This document shows positions 9,752 through 21,900 of a stretch of DNA of 36,683 bases, piece after piece; within the stretch, counting starts at the first letter, position 1, and each line of letters begins with the position of its first letter. The notes under the pieces were generated by a model. That model worked only from the letters and a program-made list of their open reading frames with translations, was not told where the DNA came from and did not search any database. The stretch is taken from positions 94,269,178-94,305,860 of the forward strand of contig NC_057719.1 in assembly GCF_004010195.1 (NCBI RefSeq). Direction: 5' to 3'. Source of the stretch: Chiloscyllium plagiosum (lineage: Eukaryota). A program made the translations under genes and the position numbers.

Positions 9752-9962
9752 TGAAAGTGAGGACTGCAGATGCTGGAGATTAGAGTCGAGAGCATGTTGC
9801 TGGAAAAGCATTGCAGGTCAGGCAGCATCCAAGGAGGAGGAAGATAAACATTTTAGGCAAAAGCCCTTTATTCCTGATAAAGGGCTTTTGCCTGAAACAT
9901 TGATTCTCCTGCTCCTCGGATGCTATCTGACCTGCTGTGCTTTTCCAGCACCTGACTCTCGA
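9752..9962. mobile_element. Palindromic MER6-like short element, diverged
   Basis: gaaagtgaggactgcagatgctggag terminus and inverted arms around ~9870. Hammerhead core is mutated (ctgataa...gaaacatt). Confidence 0.88.
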
Positions 9963-10118
9963 GCCCTCTCTCAATCAAGCTAGTTACTCCCTTTAGGAGA
10001 AAGCTAGGGACCTTCCTTCATTTCAAACACTTCTATTATAATTGAAAGTCCCTAAATTTATTTAATCTAATAAGTAGTGCATTAAAACAGTAAGGAAATA
10101 CACTGCAGCTTATACACT

Positions 10119-10397
10119 GGGCGGCATGGTGGTACAGTGGTTAGCACTGCTGCCTCACAGTGCCAGAGACCCTGATTCAATTCTCACTTCAGGCAACTGA
10201 CTGTGTGGAGTTTGTACATTCTCCCCGTGTCTGCGTGGGTTTCCTCCCACAGTCCAAAAATGTGTAGGTTAGGTGAATTGGCCATGCTAAATTACCCGTA
10301 GTGTTAGGCGAAGGGGTAAATATGGGGGAGTGGGTTGCAGGTTGGTGGGGACTTGTTGGGCAGGAGGGCCTGTTTCCACACTGTAAGTAATCTAATC
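10119..10397 (+). mobile_element. HE1-like tRNA-derived SINE, near full length
   Basis: tRNA-like head (tggtacagtggttagc A box; gattcaattc degenerate B box), gtgtggagtttgtacattctccccgtgtctgcgtgggtttcctcc core, and a CR1-type tail ending aatctaatc. Confidence 0.9.
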
Positions 10398-10941
10398 ACA
10401 TTGTTATCAATATCACTTGCCAATTAACTGCTTCTGTTGGGACTGTGTCACTTTCAGAACTGTCCAGACTGAGCACCGCACTCATTTTTTCACCTTCAGC
10501 AACTCCTGTTTTCACCCAACTCCAAAGCATTTGTGTTTAGCTAAACAGCACTCAGTGCAGCTTTTGAACCAAATTTCCAATGGCAGTCAATCAGAATTAA
10601 TTCCACTTTTCTCTCATCTGGTTGAGTTTGTACTGCTACAGTTCTCCACTATCTGTGCTCCTTACAACTGTGCAGAGAGTGTCTAATGGGATTAAAGTTC
10701 AATGGACCTAAAACCCCCACCCTATGGTCTCAGAGGCAAAAGTGGCAGAGAGTGGGTATATTGATTGCAATCTTCCAAAACTCTCTAGATCTGGAAAGGT
10801 CTCAATGGACTGTAAAGCAACATGAGTAACACCTCTATTCAAGAAAGGAAAATGGCAGGAATGGAGAAACTGTAATCTAATTGGTCCAACTTCTATTAAT
10901 GGGAAAATGCTGATATCCTTTAATAGGAAGGATAATATAGA

Positions 10942-11259
10942 GGTTGTGACATAGTGATTATGTCACCGGATTAAGTGATCCAGAAGCCAAGGCTAATTCT
11001 TTAGAGAACTTGGTTGAAATTCTATAACAGCAAATGGTGGATTTTAAATTCAAGTCATAAAATCTGAAACTATAAGCAAGTCTCCAACATGGTGACCATA
11101 AAAGTCTTATCACTTTTTGTAAAACACAACTGATCCACTAATGTTTTTTAGGGTCTGCCATCCTGTCTGATCTAAGACTCCAGACCCACAGAACTGTAGT
11201 TTGATCTTAAGTGCCTTCTGAAATAGCCTAGCAGATTAGTCAATTAGGGATGGCCAACA
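10942..11259 (+). mobile_element. Old tRNA-derived SINE of a second family
   Basis: tRNA-like head (gtgacatagtgattatgtcaccgg...ggttgaaattc). The tail caattagggatggccaa matches the LINE tail at ~23775-23795. Confidence 0.65.
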
Positions 11260-11337
11260 TGTGAGGTTAGGGGGTCATACATTAGCATTGATCAAAGATT
11301 GATTTTAAGGTAACACAGAATTATGATAAATCAATAA

Positions 11338-11609
11338 TTTAGAGGTCAGCAAAGTGGCATAGCTTCAACTAGCTGTAATCCATTGGAATGTCTTGAAGGA
11401 AAGGGCTGACTGCATTGTATTGGAGGAGAAAGTGAGGACTGCAGATTCATGAGGAGAAAGTGAGTCTGCAGATGCTGGAGATCAAAGTTGAAACTTTAGA
11501 GGTCAGCAAAGTGGCATAGCTTCAACTAGCTGTAATCCATTGGAATGTCTTGAAGGAAAGGGCTGACTGCATTGTATTGTAGGAGAAAGTGAGGACTGCA
11601 GATTCATGA
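11338..11609. repeat. 115-bp direct duplication flanking a 42-bp MER6-like terminal stub
   Basis: 11338-11452 equals 11495-11609 with 1 mismatch. The spacer 11453-11494 is ggagaaagtgagtctgcagatgctggagatcaaagttgaaac. Confidence 0.92.
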
Positions 11610-11692
11610 TGAAGGGCTAATGCCCGGAATGTCGACTGCTCAGATGCTGCCTGACCTGCTGTGCTTTGCCAGCACCACACTTTTTCATTACC
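11583..11692. mobile_element. Internally deleted MER6-like element with 11-bp TSD
   Basis: ttgtattgtag at 11572-11582 and 11693-11703. Confidence 0.75.
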
Positions 11693-12180
11693 TTGTATTG
11701 TAGCCAGACTTGTAAATGTTATAAATATAGAGTAGAAAAAAAACGTTGTAAGGAGGATATAAGAGTCTATAAAGTGATGTAGATAGACTTAATGAGTGGG
11801 TAAAAAATTGGCAAATGGTGTGGGAAATATGACATGAATGATTTTAGTAGGAAGAATAGAAAGGTCGCATAATATTTAAATGGAGAGAAAGTGCAGAGTG
11901 CTACAGCATAGATTTGAATGTCCATTGACAGAAATTATTACAATTTAGCATGCAGGGTACAGCACATAATTAGGAATGTCAAAAGAATGTTGCCCTTCAC
12001 TTCAAAGAGAATAGAGTACAAAATCAGGGAAAACTTACTGAAATAGAACACAGAACATTACAGCGCAGAACAGGCCATTCAGCCCTCAATGTTGCACCGA
12101 CCTGTGGAACCAATCTGAAGCACATTTAACCGACACTATTCCATTCTTATCCATATGTTTATCCAATGACCATTTAAATG

Positions 12181-12268
12181 TTCTCCTCGGATGTTGCCTG
12201 AACTGCTGTGCTCTTCCAGCACCACTATTCCAAAATCTGGTTTCCAGCATCTGTAGTCATTTTTTTTT
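12181..12268 (+). mobile_element. MER6-like fragment inside CR1
   Basis: ctcctcggatgttgcctgaactgctgtgctcttccagc...tccagcatctgtagtc interrupts the CR1 sequence catttaaatg|ccttaaagttgg. Confidence 0.8.
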
Positions 12269-12434
12269 ACCTTAAAGTTGGCAAGTCTACTATGGTTGCA
12301 GGGAGTATGTTCCACGCCCCTACAACTCTGAGTAAAGAAACTACCTCTGACATCTGTCCTATATCTATCACCCCACAATTAAGAGCTATGTCCCCTCATG
12401 CTAGCTATCACCATCCAAGGAAAAAGGCTCTCAC

Positions 12435-12563
12435 ATTCCTGATGAAGGGCTTATGCCCGAAACGTCGATTCTCCTGCTCCTTGGATGCTGCCTGACCTGC
12501 TGTGCTTTACCAGCAACACATTTTCAGCTCTGGATCTTCAGCATCTGCAGACCTCACTTTCTC
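12435..12563 (+). mobile_element. Single-arm MER6-like element with intact hammerhead core
   Basis: attc-CTGATGA-a-gggc-ttat-gccc-GAAAC-GTC-gatt at 12435-12470, flanked by ctctcac at 12428-12434 and 12564-12570. Confidence 0.85.
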
Positions 12564-12722
12564 CTCTCACTATCCACCCTATCTAACCCTCTGATTATCT
12601 TACATGTTGCAATTAAGTCACCTCTCAACCTTTTTCTCTCTAACGAAAATAGCCTCAAGTCCCTAAGCCTTATCTCATAAGACCTTCCCTCCATACCAGG
12701 CAACATCCCAGTAAATCTCCTC

Positions 12723-12939
12723 CAGGTTCTTTACGCAGAGAGTGGTAAAGGCGTGGAATGCCCTACTAGGTAATGTAGTCAACTCAGCCACCTTAGGGAG
12801 ATTTAAACAATCCTTAGATAAGTACATGGATGATTTTGGGATAGCGTAGGGGGATGAGCTGAGAATAGGTCACAGGTCAGTGCAACATCGAGGGCTGAAG
12901 GGCCTGTTCTGCGCTGTATTGTTCCATGTTCTTTGTTCT
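12723..12939 (+). mobile_element. Short 5'-truncated CR1 3' end inserted antisense into the larger CR1
   Basis: RFFTQRVVKAWNAL...FKQSLDKYMDD plus tail gttccatgttctttgttc. The host sequence gtaaatctcctc|taactctttccaaagc resumes after it. Confidence 0.88.
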
Positions 12940-15314
12940 AACTCTTTCCAAAGCTTCCAAATCCTTCCTATAATGCGGTGATCGGAACTGTATGCAATAC
13001 TCCAAGTGTGTCTATACCACAGTTTTGTACAGCTGCTCCATGATCTCATGACTCCAAAACTCAAGCCTTCTACCAATAAAAGCGAACACACCGTTTGCCT
13101 TCGTAACAACCCTATCAACCTGGATGGCAACTTTCAGGGATTTATGCACATGGACACCGAGATCTCTTTGCTCATCTACACTACCAAGAATATTATCATT
13201 AGTCCAGTACTCTTTATTTCTGTTGCTCCTTTCATCTCACACTTTCCCACATTAAACTCCATTTGCCACCTCTCAGCCCAGCTCTGCAGCTTATCTATGT
13301 CCCTCTGTAACCTGCAACATCCTTCAGCACTATTCACAACTCCACTGACCTTACTCCTGCACACTTACTAACCCATCCCTCTGTGCCCTCATCCAGGTCA
13401 TTTATAAAAATGACAAATAACAGTGGCCCCACAACAGATCCTTGTGGTACACCATTAGTGACTGAACTCCAGGATGAACATTTCCCATCAACCACCACCT
13501 CCTGTCTTCATTCAGCTAGCCAATATCTGATCCAAACCACAAAATCACCCTCAATCCCATACCTCTGTATTTTGTGCAATAGCCTACCATGGGGAATCTT
13601 ATCAAACGCCTTACTGAAATCCATATACATCATATCAACTGTTTTACCCTCATCCACCTGTTTGGTCACCATCTCAAAAAAAACTCATTAAGGTTTGTGA
13701 GGCATGACTTACCCTTCACAAAACTGTATTGACTAATCAACTTATTCCTCTCTAGATGATTATAAATCCTATATCTTATAACCTTTTCCAACACTCTACC
13801 CACAACCAAAGTAAGGCTCACTGGTCTATAATTACCAGGGTTATCTCTACTCCCCTTCTTGAACAAGGGGCCAACATTTGTTTTCCTCCAGTCTTCTGGC
13901 ACTATACCTGTCGACAATGATGACGTAAAGATCAAAGCCAAAGGTTCTGGGATCTCCTCCTTGGCTTCCCAAAGAATCCGAGGATAAATCCCATCCAGCC
14001 CAGAGGACTTATCTATTTTCACACTTTCCAGAATTGCTAATACCTCCTCCTTGTGAACATCAATCCCGTCTAGTCGAGTCACCTGTATCCTAGTATTTTT
14101 CTTGACAACATTGTCTTTTTTCACTGTGAATAATGACGAAAAATATTCATTTAGTGCTTCTCCATCTCCTCAGACTCCACATACAACTCCCACTGCTATC
14201 CTTGATTGGCCCTAACCTTTCTCTAGTCATTCTTTTATTCCTGATATATCTATAGAAAGCTTTAGAGTTTTCCTTGATCCTTTCTGCCAGCAACTTCTCA
14301 TGTCCCCTCCTGGCTCTTCTTAGCTCTCTCTTTTGGTCTTTCCTGGCTAATGTGTAACTCTCAAGCACCCTGAGCCTTCACGTTTCTTCCTAACATAGGC
14401 CTTCTTCTTTGACTTGACAAGAGCTTCAACTTCTTTAGTAAACCATTACTCCCTCGCTCGACCACTTCCTCGCTGCCTGACAGGTACATACTTATCAAGG
14501 ACAGGCAGTAGCTGTTCCTTGAATAAGCTCCACATTGCAATTGTGCCCATGCCCTGCAGTTTTCTTCCCCATCCTATGCATCCTAAATCTTGCCTAACTG
14601 CATCGTAATTGCCTTTCCCACAGCAATAACTCTTGCCCTATTCCATCGCTAAAGTAAACATTACCAAACTGTGGTCACTATCACAAAAGTGCTCACCTAC
14701 TTCCAAATCCAACACCTTGCCGGGTTCATTACCCAGTACCAAATCCAATGTGGCCTCGCCCCTTGTTGGCCTGTTTATGTACAGTGTCAGGAAACCCTCC
14801 TACACACATTGGACAAAAACTGACCTGTCTAAAGTAATTGAACTATAGTATTTCCAATCAATATTTGGAAAGTCACAGCCCGCATAACAACTACCCTGTT
14901 ACTCTCGCTCCTATCCAGAATTATCTTTACTATCCCTTTTTCTACATCTCTGGAACTATTCGGAGGCCTATAGAAAACTCCCAACAGGGTGACCTCTCCT
15001 TTCCTGTTTCTAACCTCAGCCCATACATCTCATTAGACAAGTCCTCAAACGTCCTTTCTGCCATGGTAATTCTGTCCTTGACTAACAACGCCACACCTTC
15101 CCCTCTTTTAACACCTTCCCTGATTTTACTGAAACATCTAAACTCCAGGACCTGCAACATCAATTCCTGTCCCCTCCAGGGCATCGGTGAGATTGTAAAG
15201 TCCAGTGCACAGTTTTGGTGTCCTTACAGAAGGAAGGACCTATTTGTTTTGGCAGCTGTTCAGAGTAGGTCCCTGGGCTTGTTTATTGGCTGAAAGGGTT
15301 GTCTTCTAACAAAG

Positions 15315-16600
15315 CTTTGTGCGTGGGAAATCATGTCTCATAAACCTGATTGAGTTTTTGAAGAAGTAACAAAGAGTATTGATGAGGGCAGAGCAGTAGA
15401 TGTGATCTATATGCACTTCAGTAAGGCGTTTGACAAGGTTTCCCATGGGAGACTGGTTAGCAAGGTTAGATCTCATGGAAGAAAGAGAGAACTAACCATT
15501 TGGATAGAGAACTGGCTCAAAGGTAGAAGACAGAGGGTGGTGGTGGAGGGTTGTTTTTCAGACTGGAGGCCTGTGACCAGTGGAGTGCCACCAAGATCGG
15601 TGCCGGGTCCTCTACTTTTCATCATTTAGATAAATGATTTGGATGTGAGCATAAGAGGTACAGTCAGTAAGTTTGCAGATGACACCAAAATTGGAGGAGA
15701 AGTAGACAGCAAAGAATGTTACCTCAGATTACAACGGGATCTTGATCAGATGGGCCAATGGGCTGAGAAGTGGCAGATGGAGTTTAATTCAGATAAATGT
15801 GAGGTGCTGCATTTTGGGAAAGCAAATCTTAGCAGAACTTATACACTTAATGTTAAGGTCCTAGGGAGTGTTGCTGAACAAAGAGACCTTGGAGTGCAGG
15901 TTCATAGCTCCTTGAAAGTAGAGTCACAGGTAGATAGGATAGTGAAGAAGGTGTTTGGTATGCTTTCCTTTATTGGTCTGAGTATGGAGTACAGGAGTTG
16001 GGAGGCCATGTTGCGACTGTACAGGACATTGGTTCGGCCACTGTTGGAATATTGCGTGCAATTCTGGTCTTCTTCCTATCAAAAAGATGTTGTGAAACCT
16101 GAAAGTGTTCAGAAAAGACTTACAAGGATATTGCCAGGGTTGGTGGATTTGAGCTATAGAGAGAGGCTGAACAGGCTGGGGCTGTTTTCTATGGGGCATC
16201 GGAGGCTGAGGGGTGACCTTATAGAGGTTTATAAAATCATGAGGGGCATGGATAGGATAAATAGACAAAGCTTGTTTTTCCCTGGGATGGGGAAGTCCGG
16301 AACTAGAGGGCATAGGTTTAGGGTGAGAAGGGGAAGATATAAAAAAGACCTAAGGGGCAACTTTTTCACGCAGAGAGTGGTACGTGTATGGAATGAGCTG
16401 CCAGAGGAAGTGGTGGAAGCTGGTACCATTGCAACATTTAAAAGGCATCTGGATGGGTATATGAATAGGAAAGGTTTGGAAGGATATGGGCCGGATGCTT
16501 GCAGGTGGGACTAGATTGGGTTGAGATATCTAGTCGGCATGGACATATTGGACTGAAGGGTCTGTTTCTGTGCTGTACATCTCTATGACTGTATGACTCT
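15315..16600 (+). mobile_element. 5'-truncated CR1 LINE with a largely open RT C-half
   Basis: ORFs 15402-15629 and 15639-16514 share one frame split by a [36 protein letters not shown]. Tail ctctatgactgtatgactct. Confidence 0.96.
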
Positions 16601-16603
16601 CAA

Positions 16604-16946
16604 AGCAGGTGGCACAGTGGCTCAGTGGTTACCATTGCTCCCTCACAGTGCCAGGGACCCAGGTTAGAGTCCAACCTCGCGTGTCTGTCTGTGTGGAGTT
16701 TGTACCTTCTCCCAGTGTCTGCATGGGTTTCCTCCGTGTGCTCCAGTTTCCTCCTACAATCCAAAGATGTGCTGGTTAGGTAGATTGGCCATGCTAAATT
16801 GCCGATAGTGTTCAAGGATGTGTAGTTTAGGTGCATTAGTTGGGGGTAAATATAGGATGAGGAATGGGTTTGGGTGGGTTACTCTTCAGAGGGTCCGTGT
16901 GGACTTGTTGGGCCGAAGGGCCTGTTTCCACACTGTAGGGATTCTA
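16604..16946 (+). mobile_element. HE1-like tRNA-derived SINE, full length
   Basis: gtggcacagtggctcagtggtt head, conserved core, and tail ggccgaagggcctgtttccacactgtagggattcta; collinear with 10119-10397. Confidence 0.92.
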
Positions 16947-17760
16947 AATATAAAAAATGGTTGCGTCAGTTTGGCCCATCCTTATTGGAGTTTAGAAGGC
17001 TGAGAGGTGATTTTACTGTAATGCATAAAAGTCTGATGAGGTTTTAGGATAGCTGCTGAGAGAATCTCCGTTTCTGAGAGATTAAGGGGAGACAGTTTAA
17101 AGACTTAACATCTGTCATTTAAGATGGACTTGGAGAGTCATTTATCAGAGTATATTTAAGTTTCTGGAATTTTCTTCCACAGACGGCAGTGGAGGTTGGG
17201 TCATTGAATATATTTAAGGCTAACAAGTTTTTGAATCGGACAGATTAACCAATTAATGAATATAAACGTTCTCCACATTTCCCAAATATCACTGCATTTC
17301 ACAATAATCCATTAACTTGAACTGTTTAATTTTTTCCTGAACTGCTCTCAGAAACCGACAATTATAACAAAAAGCAGAATTCCCTAAACGTTTAGAAATT
17401 GATGTCATTATGACATAATTTAGGAGAAGAAATAATAACTTGATAACTGCCAACCAGAATCAAAGACCTCTACCAGAAAATCAAAGCCTATTGCAAAGGA
17501 AGTTCAAAAGATGCTACCTCTGCATTAACAATGGCACATGGATGAAGTTAAGGAACTTACACAACATACCGCGGCAAAAGCTCTGAAATTGGACAGAAAC
17601 AAAATCCTTCACATAACTGAAATAAAGATAACTGTAGTACAGTTTAATATAAAAAAGGGAGATTAATAAACTTACTTTGTTCTTCAAAATACATTGCTAT
17701 AACAATGAGAAAAGTTAAAATTCCTCTTATTTAATTAAGTCTCCATTCTATTTTTCTCAC

Positions 17761-17912
17761 AATAATATTTCCCAACATTGGTCCTTCAGCAGAAAGACGA
17801 TCTGTGGTATAGTTTAAGAAGTTATATGATATAGTGCTGATGGCTCTGGGATTTGGTTTGCTGTTGCCATGGCAATTAATGCATCTTACATGTCTTTGTC
17901 GTGTGTTGGCAT
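17761..17912 (-). CDS. Candidate internal exon of an unidentified host gene (152 nt, phase 1 to 0)
   Basis: Acceptor ttgctcttttcag, donor gtgaga, open frame (D)ANTRQRHVRCINCHGNSKPNPRAISTISYNFLNYTTDRLSAEGPMLGNII, in non-repeat DNA. Confidence 0.4.
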
Positions 17913-18099
17913 CTGAAAAGAGCAATGTTATCTTTTCTTTATCTTGTGGAGTAAGAAGCAGTACTTGACCTACTTGTATGTGAATTCTCCAAATTTTTCA
18001 ACCAATTTCTTAGCGAGTTTTAAATACAACAATTGTGTGAACATTTTTTTAAATGTATTTTGTTATGATCTTTCCTTAGTTCTATTTTAACCTACCCAC

Positions 18100-18133
18100 C
18101 AACATTCTTTAATTTTCCACAGCTTTTTGTATT
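18100..18133 (-). CDS. Candidate small exon (34 nt, phase 0 to 1)
   Basis: Acceptor cttttctttgcag, donor gtgggt, peptide NTKSCGKLKNV; phase-compatible with both neighbouring candidates. Confidence 0.35.
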
Positions 18134-18939
18134 CTGCAAAGAAAAGTCAAGTACGCAACAGGAAAAAAATGCTACAAATGTATGACTACCGTTGGACTGT
18201 AGATTTGGAAAAAGGATTATAAATCAATTGTAGAAGTTTTCAAAACTAAATGATTTTCCAGACATTCCAGGAGTTGAAAATACCACAGGTCTGAGGTGCA
18301 GGACCTGTTCTTTTGAGTGCACGCCAAGAAATTGTCTTTGTGATGAACATTCCATTATCTGCACTGGAGGTCGCTGTTCTTCCAAAATGATTTACCAGGA
18401 GCCGCTGGGCCTAGTCAAGGACAGAAAGCAGTGCTTGAAATAGCTTAAAGCAAAAAAAAATTCAATACTCCCCTTTGAAAGAATCCATTGTTCAGTTTAG
18501 TACATTCGCTTGATACCCAGAAAATAGAAATGTTAGTTATGACTAGGTTACATGAATATTTATTCAAGTAAATATTCAATAGTTTACCTATAAACAAAAG
18601 TGGTAACAGAGTGTTGTAATCTTTTTTCTATTTTTTTAACTTGTGATAGATTTAAAATCCTACAACAAATCACTTCAGTTATTTCATTGATGCATATGGA
18701 ACCTTGCAGTGCAGCAATTGCTACATTGCATGAACGAACACATCAAAGATACTTCAAGGATTGTGAAATGATTTCGAACTTCCAAGGCCTCCTATAATGA
18801 ATGGCAAGTCAGAACTGGTTAAGATACTTTACAGGTCAGATAACAACTTGAAATTAGTTATAAGTATACAAGATGTTAAAGTAAATAAATGCATTATTAG
18901 AAAAGTTATTGAACATAAAATAGGACTTAAATAACTTCA

Positions 18940-21900
18940 CAGAGATGGTGTCCCATCACCAAGTCACCCTTCATCTACATGTGCATAGTACTTAACATTG
19001 GTTGGGTTCCTCAGAGTCAGCCCTTTGAGTGAAAAGAAGCTCTGACACTCCTGTTTATGTCTATCAGCCAGGAATCCCTGATTGAAACAGCCCCAATCAG
19101 GGAACTAATTCTGTGAGGCCACCTGACTGAACTTGTTACAGTCACCATATCCATCTCCCTCTAAGTCTAGGAATGTAGGCCTGTTCTCTCTCTTGCAGCC
19201 TCTCCTGGGCAATTTTGCACTGGGTCCAGTTCTGCCGACTTAGCCTTGGAAATTGACGTGTACAGTACTGTAGCCTGCTTCTTGTCCTCGAAGAAATTCA
19301 CCTTCAGGTGATAACGGTGTTGAGGCTGTGACATCTGCCACATCCATCTCAGACTGTGAAGTTTCTTCAATCATAGACCGTCAGGGAGAACTCACAGGTT
19401 CCAATAGTCTTCTGATTGTTCTGAGGGGCCAGATTTGTTTTGCTCCTGCCCTGTTTGTTAGTTTGCAGCTTTCATAGGGTCCACATGCTTGTTTAGGACT
19501 ACTTCACCTACCCGAACTTTGTACATCATGGTGTCTGACCTTGCATTGACCATGCTTCTTAGCCATGCAGGCCACTTCCATGGTTTTGACAGCAAACTTT
19601 GACCCCTGAAATAAACTGCCTTTCTGACTTAGAGAAGTCTTGCATCCAGTGTTGGCATTCCAGGTCTGGGAAAATCAGATTTAACCTGGTGTGGCGTCTT
19701 CTCTCTATTAGCACCTCAGCTGGAGCTATCCTTGTTGTGACATGAGGAGTGGTCCGGTAATCAAACAGGAACAGGGACAGTTTGGTATCGTGTGAAGCTG
19801 TAGGTTGTTTCTTTAAGTCCGTCTTCAAAGTTTGATCTGCTCTTTCCACTAGACCATTGGACGATGCATAGTATGGAGCTGTCTTTATATGTCAAATGCC
19901 TTTTGACTTTAGGAAATACTCAAATTCCTTGTTGATAAATGATGGCCCATGTCTGTGACCAACACTTCTGGGAGCCTGTATATTTCAAAAGATGCTCACA
20001 GTTTTTCTATCATCATCCCTGTGTATGTCAAGTGAAGTTTATGCATGTACAACCACTTTGAGTCCAACTACAATGACTAAGAACTGAGTCCATGAAAGGG
20101 TCGACACAGTCAAAATGTAACTGAGCCCAGGGTTTATCCACCCTTTACCAAGAAAATGGGGGAGCTGTTGGCAGTAATCTTTGGCCCTGTTTGGCATTCT
20201 GAGCACTGCCCACCAATGCAGCTATGTCTGCATCCAATCCTGGACCCCAGCTGTAATTTCTTGCCAACATATTCGTTTTCAATACCTGTGAATGACCCTG
20301 GTGTAGTTCAACCAGTATCTGGCAACGATCTTTGTATAGGACAATTAATTTTGCTCCCCAAAATAAAATATCATCATTTCCAGTGATCTGGTCTCACTGG
20401 GCCTAGAAATGTTTCAATTCTAGTTGTGATAGCCCTGTTGTTTCCCCCATCAGCACCAGCTAGTTTTGCCAGGTCTGGATCTTTTTATGTCCACAGTCTG
20501 ATATTGTCAACGATGCCCAAAAGAGTGTGCAGAAAGTTTAAAATCAGAACAGGCTGTACCAGCGGTGACACTGTTAGTTGTGTATCTGCCCAGGAGATGG
20601 CTCAAAGTATCTGTATTTGCCACTTGGCCTCCTGGATAGTGTTCCAATTTGTAATTGTATGCACTTAGAATGAGAGCCCAAAACTGAACTTAACCTGAAG
20701 TGACAGGTCCTTGTCCTCTTTGAGTAGCTTTATCAAGGTTTTGTTGAATGTCACTATTACAAATTTACATCTATAAAGGCATTGGTGGAGCTCACTCACA
20801 CCAAAGATGACTGCCAAAGCTTCTTTCTCTATCTGGGTGTATCTGAGCTCTGCATTAGCCAAATTCCAAAAGCATATGCTATTGGCTATTCCTCTCCATT
20901 GGGCTATCAGTGAGGAGAAAGTGAGGACTGCAGATCAGAATCGAGAGTGTTTTGCTGGGAAAGCACAGCAGGTCAGACAACATCCGAAGAGCAGAAAAAT
21001 CAACATTTTGGGCATATGCCCTTCATCAGGATGAAGGGCTTATGCCTGAAACGTCGATTCTCCTGCTCCTTAGATGCTGCTTGGCCTGCTGTGCTTTCCC
21101 AGCAACACACTCTCAGCTATCAGTGAGCCAACACCACCCTGAGACCAAAGGGAGAAACATTGTATATCAACACCAGATCTCACTTGGGAACACAGTGTGC
21201 TAACATCTTAAATGATGATAGCTACTTCCTCACTTCCCTAAAAGTCATGTCTTAGCAACAAGACCTTTCCAAGGCGGACACACTTTCAATAGCAGATGTA
21301 AGGCTGCCAGGGTGGAGGCCAGGTTACGTCTGAATTTTCCGTATTAATTCAGTAATGTAAGGAAAGAACTAAGGTCCAGTGTAGATGTGGGAGCTGGGAC
21401 ACCTTTGATCACCTTCACTTTATCTTCTAACGGGTGTAACCTGGTCTTGTCGACTCTGTAGCCCAAGTAGGTCACTTGGGGTGCTGGAACACACATGTTT
21501 TCCTTCTAAGGTATGCGCCCACCTTGGAGAAATGTCAAAGGACTATGTCCGAGTTCTGTAAGTGCTCTTTATTGGTCTTCCCTGTTATTAGCACATCACC
21601 CAGATAAATGGCAAACTGGTTTGGACCTTGTAAAATGTTATCTATTGTTTGTTGAAAATTGGCACAAGCTGATGTTACCCCAAATAGCAGTCTTGTACAT
21701 TGGTACAAACCCTTATGGGCATTAATTGTAGCATACTTCTGGGAATCAATATCTAACAGTCATTGCAACTATGTGTGGCTCCTGTCCAACTTTGTTAAAG
21801 GCAGACACCCCCCACCAGCTTTGTGTATAAATCCTCTGTGAGAGGGATTGGGTATTTATCCAGCTGCAAGAAACAATTAATCGTTGGTTTAAAATATCCA

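Larger units (their letters stand above)
12044..15172 (-). mobile_element. Degenerate CR1 LINE ORF2 (APE endonuclease to RT to 3' UTR) carrying three nested inserts
   Basis: Minus-strand peptides REGVKRGEGVALLVKD, KAFYRYIRNKR, GIVPEDWRKTNVGPLFKKGSRDNPGNYRPVSLT and [20 protein letters not shown]; tail repeats tagaacacagaaca at 12044. Confidence 0.95.
10750..17235 (+). mobile_element. Ancient CR1 split into ~5 collinear pieces (10750-10940, 11260-11420, 11700-12043, 15175-15308, 16965-17235) by younger insertions
   Basis: The pieces follow CR1 ORF2 order: IFQNSLD..TPLFKKG, then DVDRLNEW, then QFWCPYRRKD, then EFRRLRGD..WNFLPQTAVE..SLNIFK. Confidence 0.7.

Noticed and set aside
10119..10190. 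tRNA genes (also at 16604 and 10942)
   Set aside because: These are tRNA-derived SINE heads that continue into SINE bodies and tails.
15639..16514. Functional 291-aa reverse transcriptase gene
   Set aside because: It is only the C-half of CR1 ORF2 in a 5'-truncated copy, with an in-frame TAG just upstream and no ATG start.
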